From: Octopus vulgaris
Lineage: Eukaryota
Length of the DNA: 64,000 bases
Assembly (NCBI GenBank): GCA_951406725.2
Contig: OX597817.1
Coordinates: forward strand, 143,902,001 to 143,966,000
Reading direction: 5' to 3'
Shown here: positions 62,997 to 64,000 of the stretch, in pieces
Layout of the letters: each line of letters starts with the position of its first letter
Numbering within the stretch: the stretch's first letter is position 1
Position numbers and translations under genes: made by a program
The notes under the pieces: generated by a model
Database searches by the model: none
Told to the model about the DNA's origin: nothing
Seen by the model: the letters and a program-made list of their open reading frames with translations, nothing else

Positions 62997-64000
62997 ATAT
63001 ATATATGTAGTGTATGTGTATTTATAGTGATGTTGCTGAAGGGTTGCACAAAGTAACTATATTTGTTAAAGGAGTGAATCTTCAGCTTTAAACATGTATT
63101 GAGTGCTTTCTCTCATTTATTTACACTCTTCCAAAGGGTATTAAGGTTATAAATAAGATAAAACAGTTCTGATCAAGGACTGAAACAGCGACACAAATTT
63201 AACCATCCAGGGAATTTGTTTTAGAGCAGCACTTGGTATACAAATATAACATAAATATGGAACAGTATTTAGTCCATTGTCCTACCATTTCTGCTTCCAT
63301 TCCACTGTATCCCACCCAACGGATTAAATATTAATGTCTACCATTATTGACACACACATTTGTAGTACAGGTGGATGGAGGGTAGAACTATTTCAATCAG
63401 GTATAGTAGGAGCCAGGTACATATTTTATTGATTGCTAGAGGGATGGAAATAGGTGGAGCGCTGTAAAAGATAGTCATCCTTGATGCGATACGAATTGAG
63501 GACACAAAAAGAGGACGAAACAAAGAAAAAAAAGGAAAAAGTTTTAGAACAAAAAAGACTAACGCATTTGTACTATTCCAGCCCGCCTCGTTTCACCTCT
63601 TTTCATTCCATTAAATATGAATGTATTATCAATTGTGTAGATTTTCTTTATGTTTATTCAGAAGAATTTGACACTGACCAAACGAGAATGTCTCATAATG
63701 AAAGCCTATAATACTGATGAAGCAATAAAAAAGAGTATAAACAATGTATCAGAGCCAAAAACAACAAAATAAATAATAAAAGAACTTGTCGGTCATTTAT
63801 TCTTCCACCAAAGAGAAACATAAAGGAAAAGAAAAGAAAAATAAAAGAGGAGAAAGAAATGCTATAAAAATTAATGGAAAGACAAGTCTTCTAGAAACGA
63901 GCAGTTTTGGTTCTGATTTTATTTGTTATTTTCAATTTTTTTCTTCCTTCCATGATATTTAATGGTTTGGCAAAACATTGATCCAAACATTTCTGGAATG

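Overview
Eukaryotic, AT-rich, repeat-saturated DNA with no convincing host protein-coding gene. The repeat families and microsatellite load point to an Octopus genome (recognised from memory, not searched). Most ORF-track entries are translations of microsatellites or SINE/LINE copies. Contents: dozens of tRNA-derived SINEs (labelled A, B, D, E, F here), 5'-truncated RTE and CR1 LINE ends, Tc1/mariner relics, TTAA (piggyBac-like), TA and 9-bp-TSD MITEs, non-autonomous Helitrons, a probable solo LTR, a 5S rRNA pseudogene and a tRNA-Ala-like copy. Most notable: at least four unrelated small non-coding element types carry minimal type I hammerhead ribozyme motifs (CUGANGA...GAAA, palindromic stem III). 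Several such elements, plus related AT-rich fold-backs with no recognisable ribozyme, are inserted as one TSD-flanked unit with a full-tail arm and an inverted, truncated second arm. These include ~345-360 bp tandem retrozyme-like monomers and a Pol III SINE with a hammerhead tail, consistent with Penelope-dependent non-autonomous ribozyme retroelements. Also notable: a TSD-flanked pre-tRNA-Ala::SINE chimera, a 186-bp inverted repeat 12 kb apart with G-U-biased mismatches, and repeated SINE insertion at one nucleotide of another SINE.
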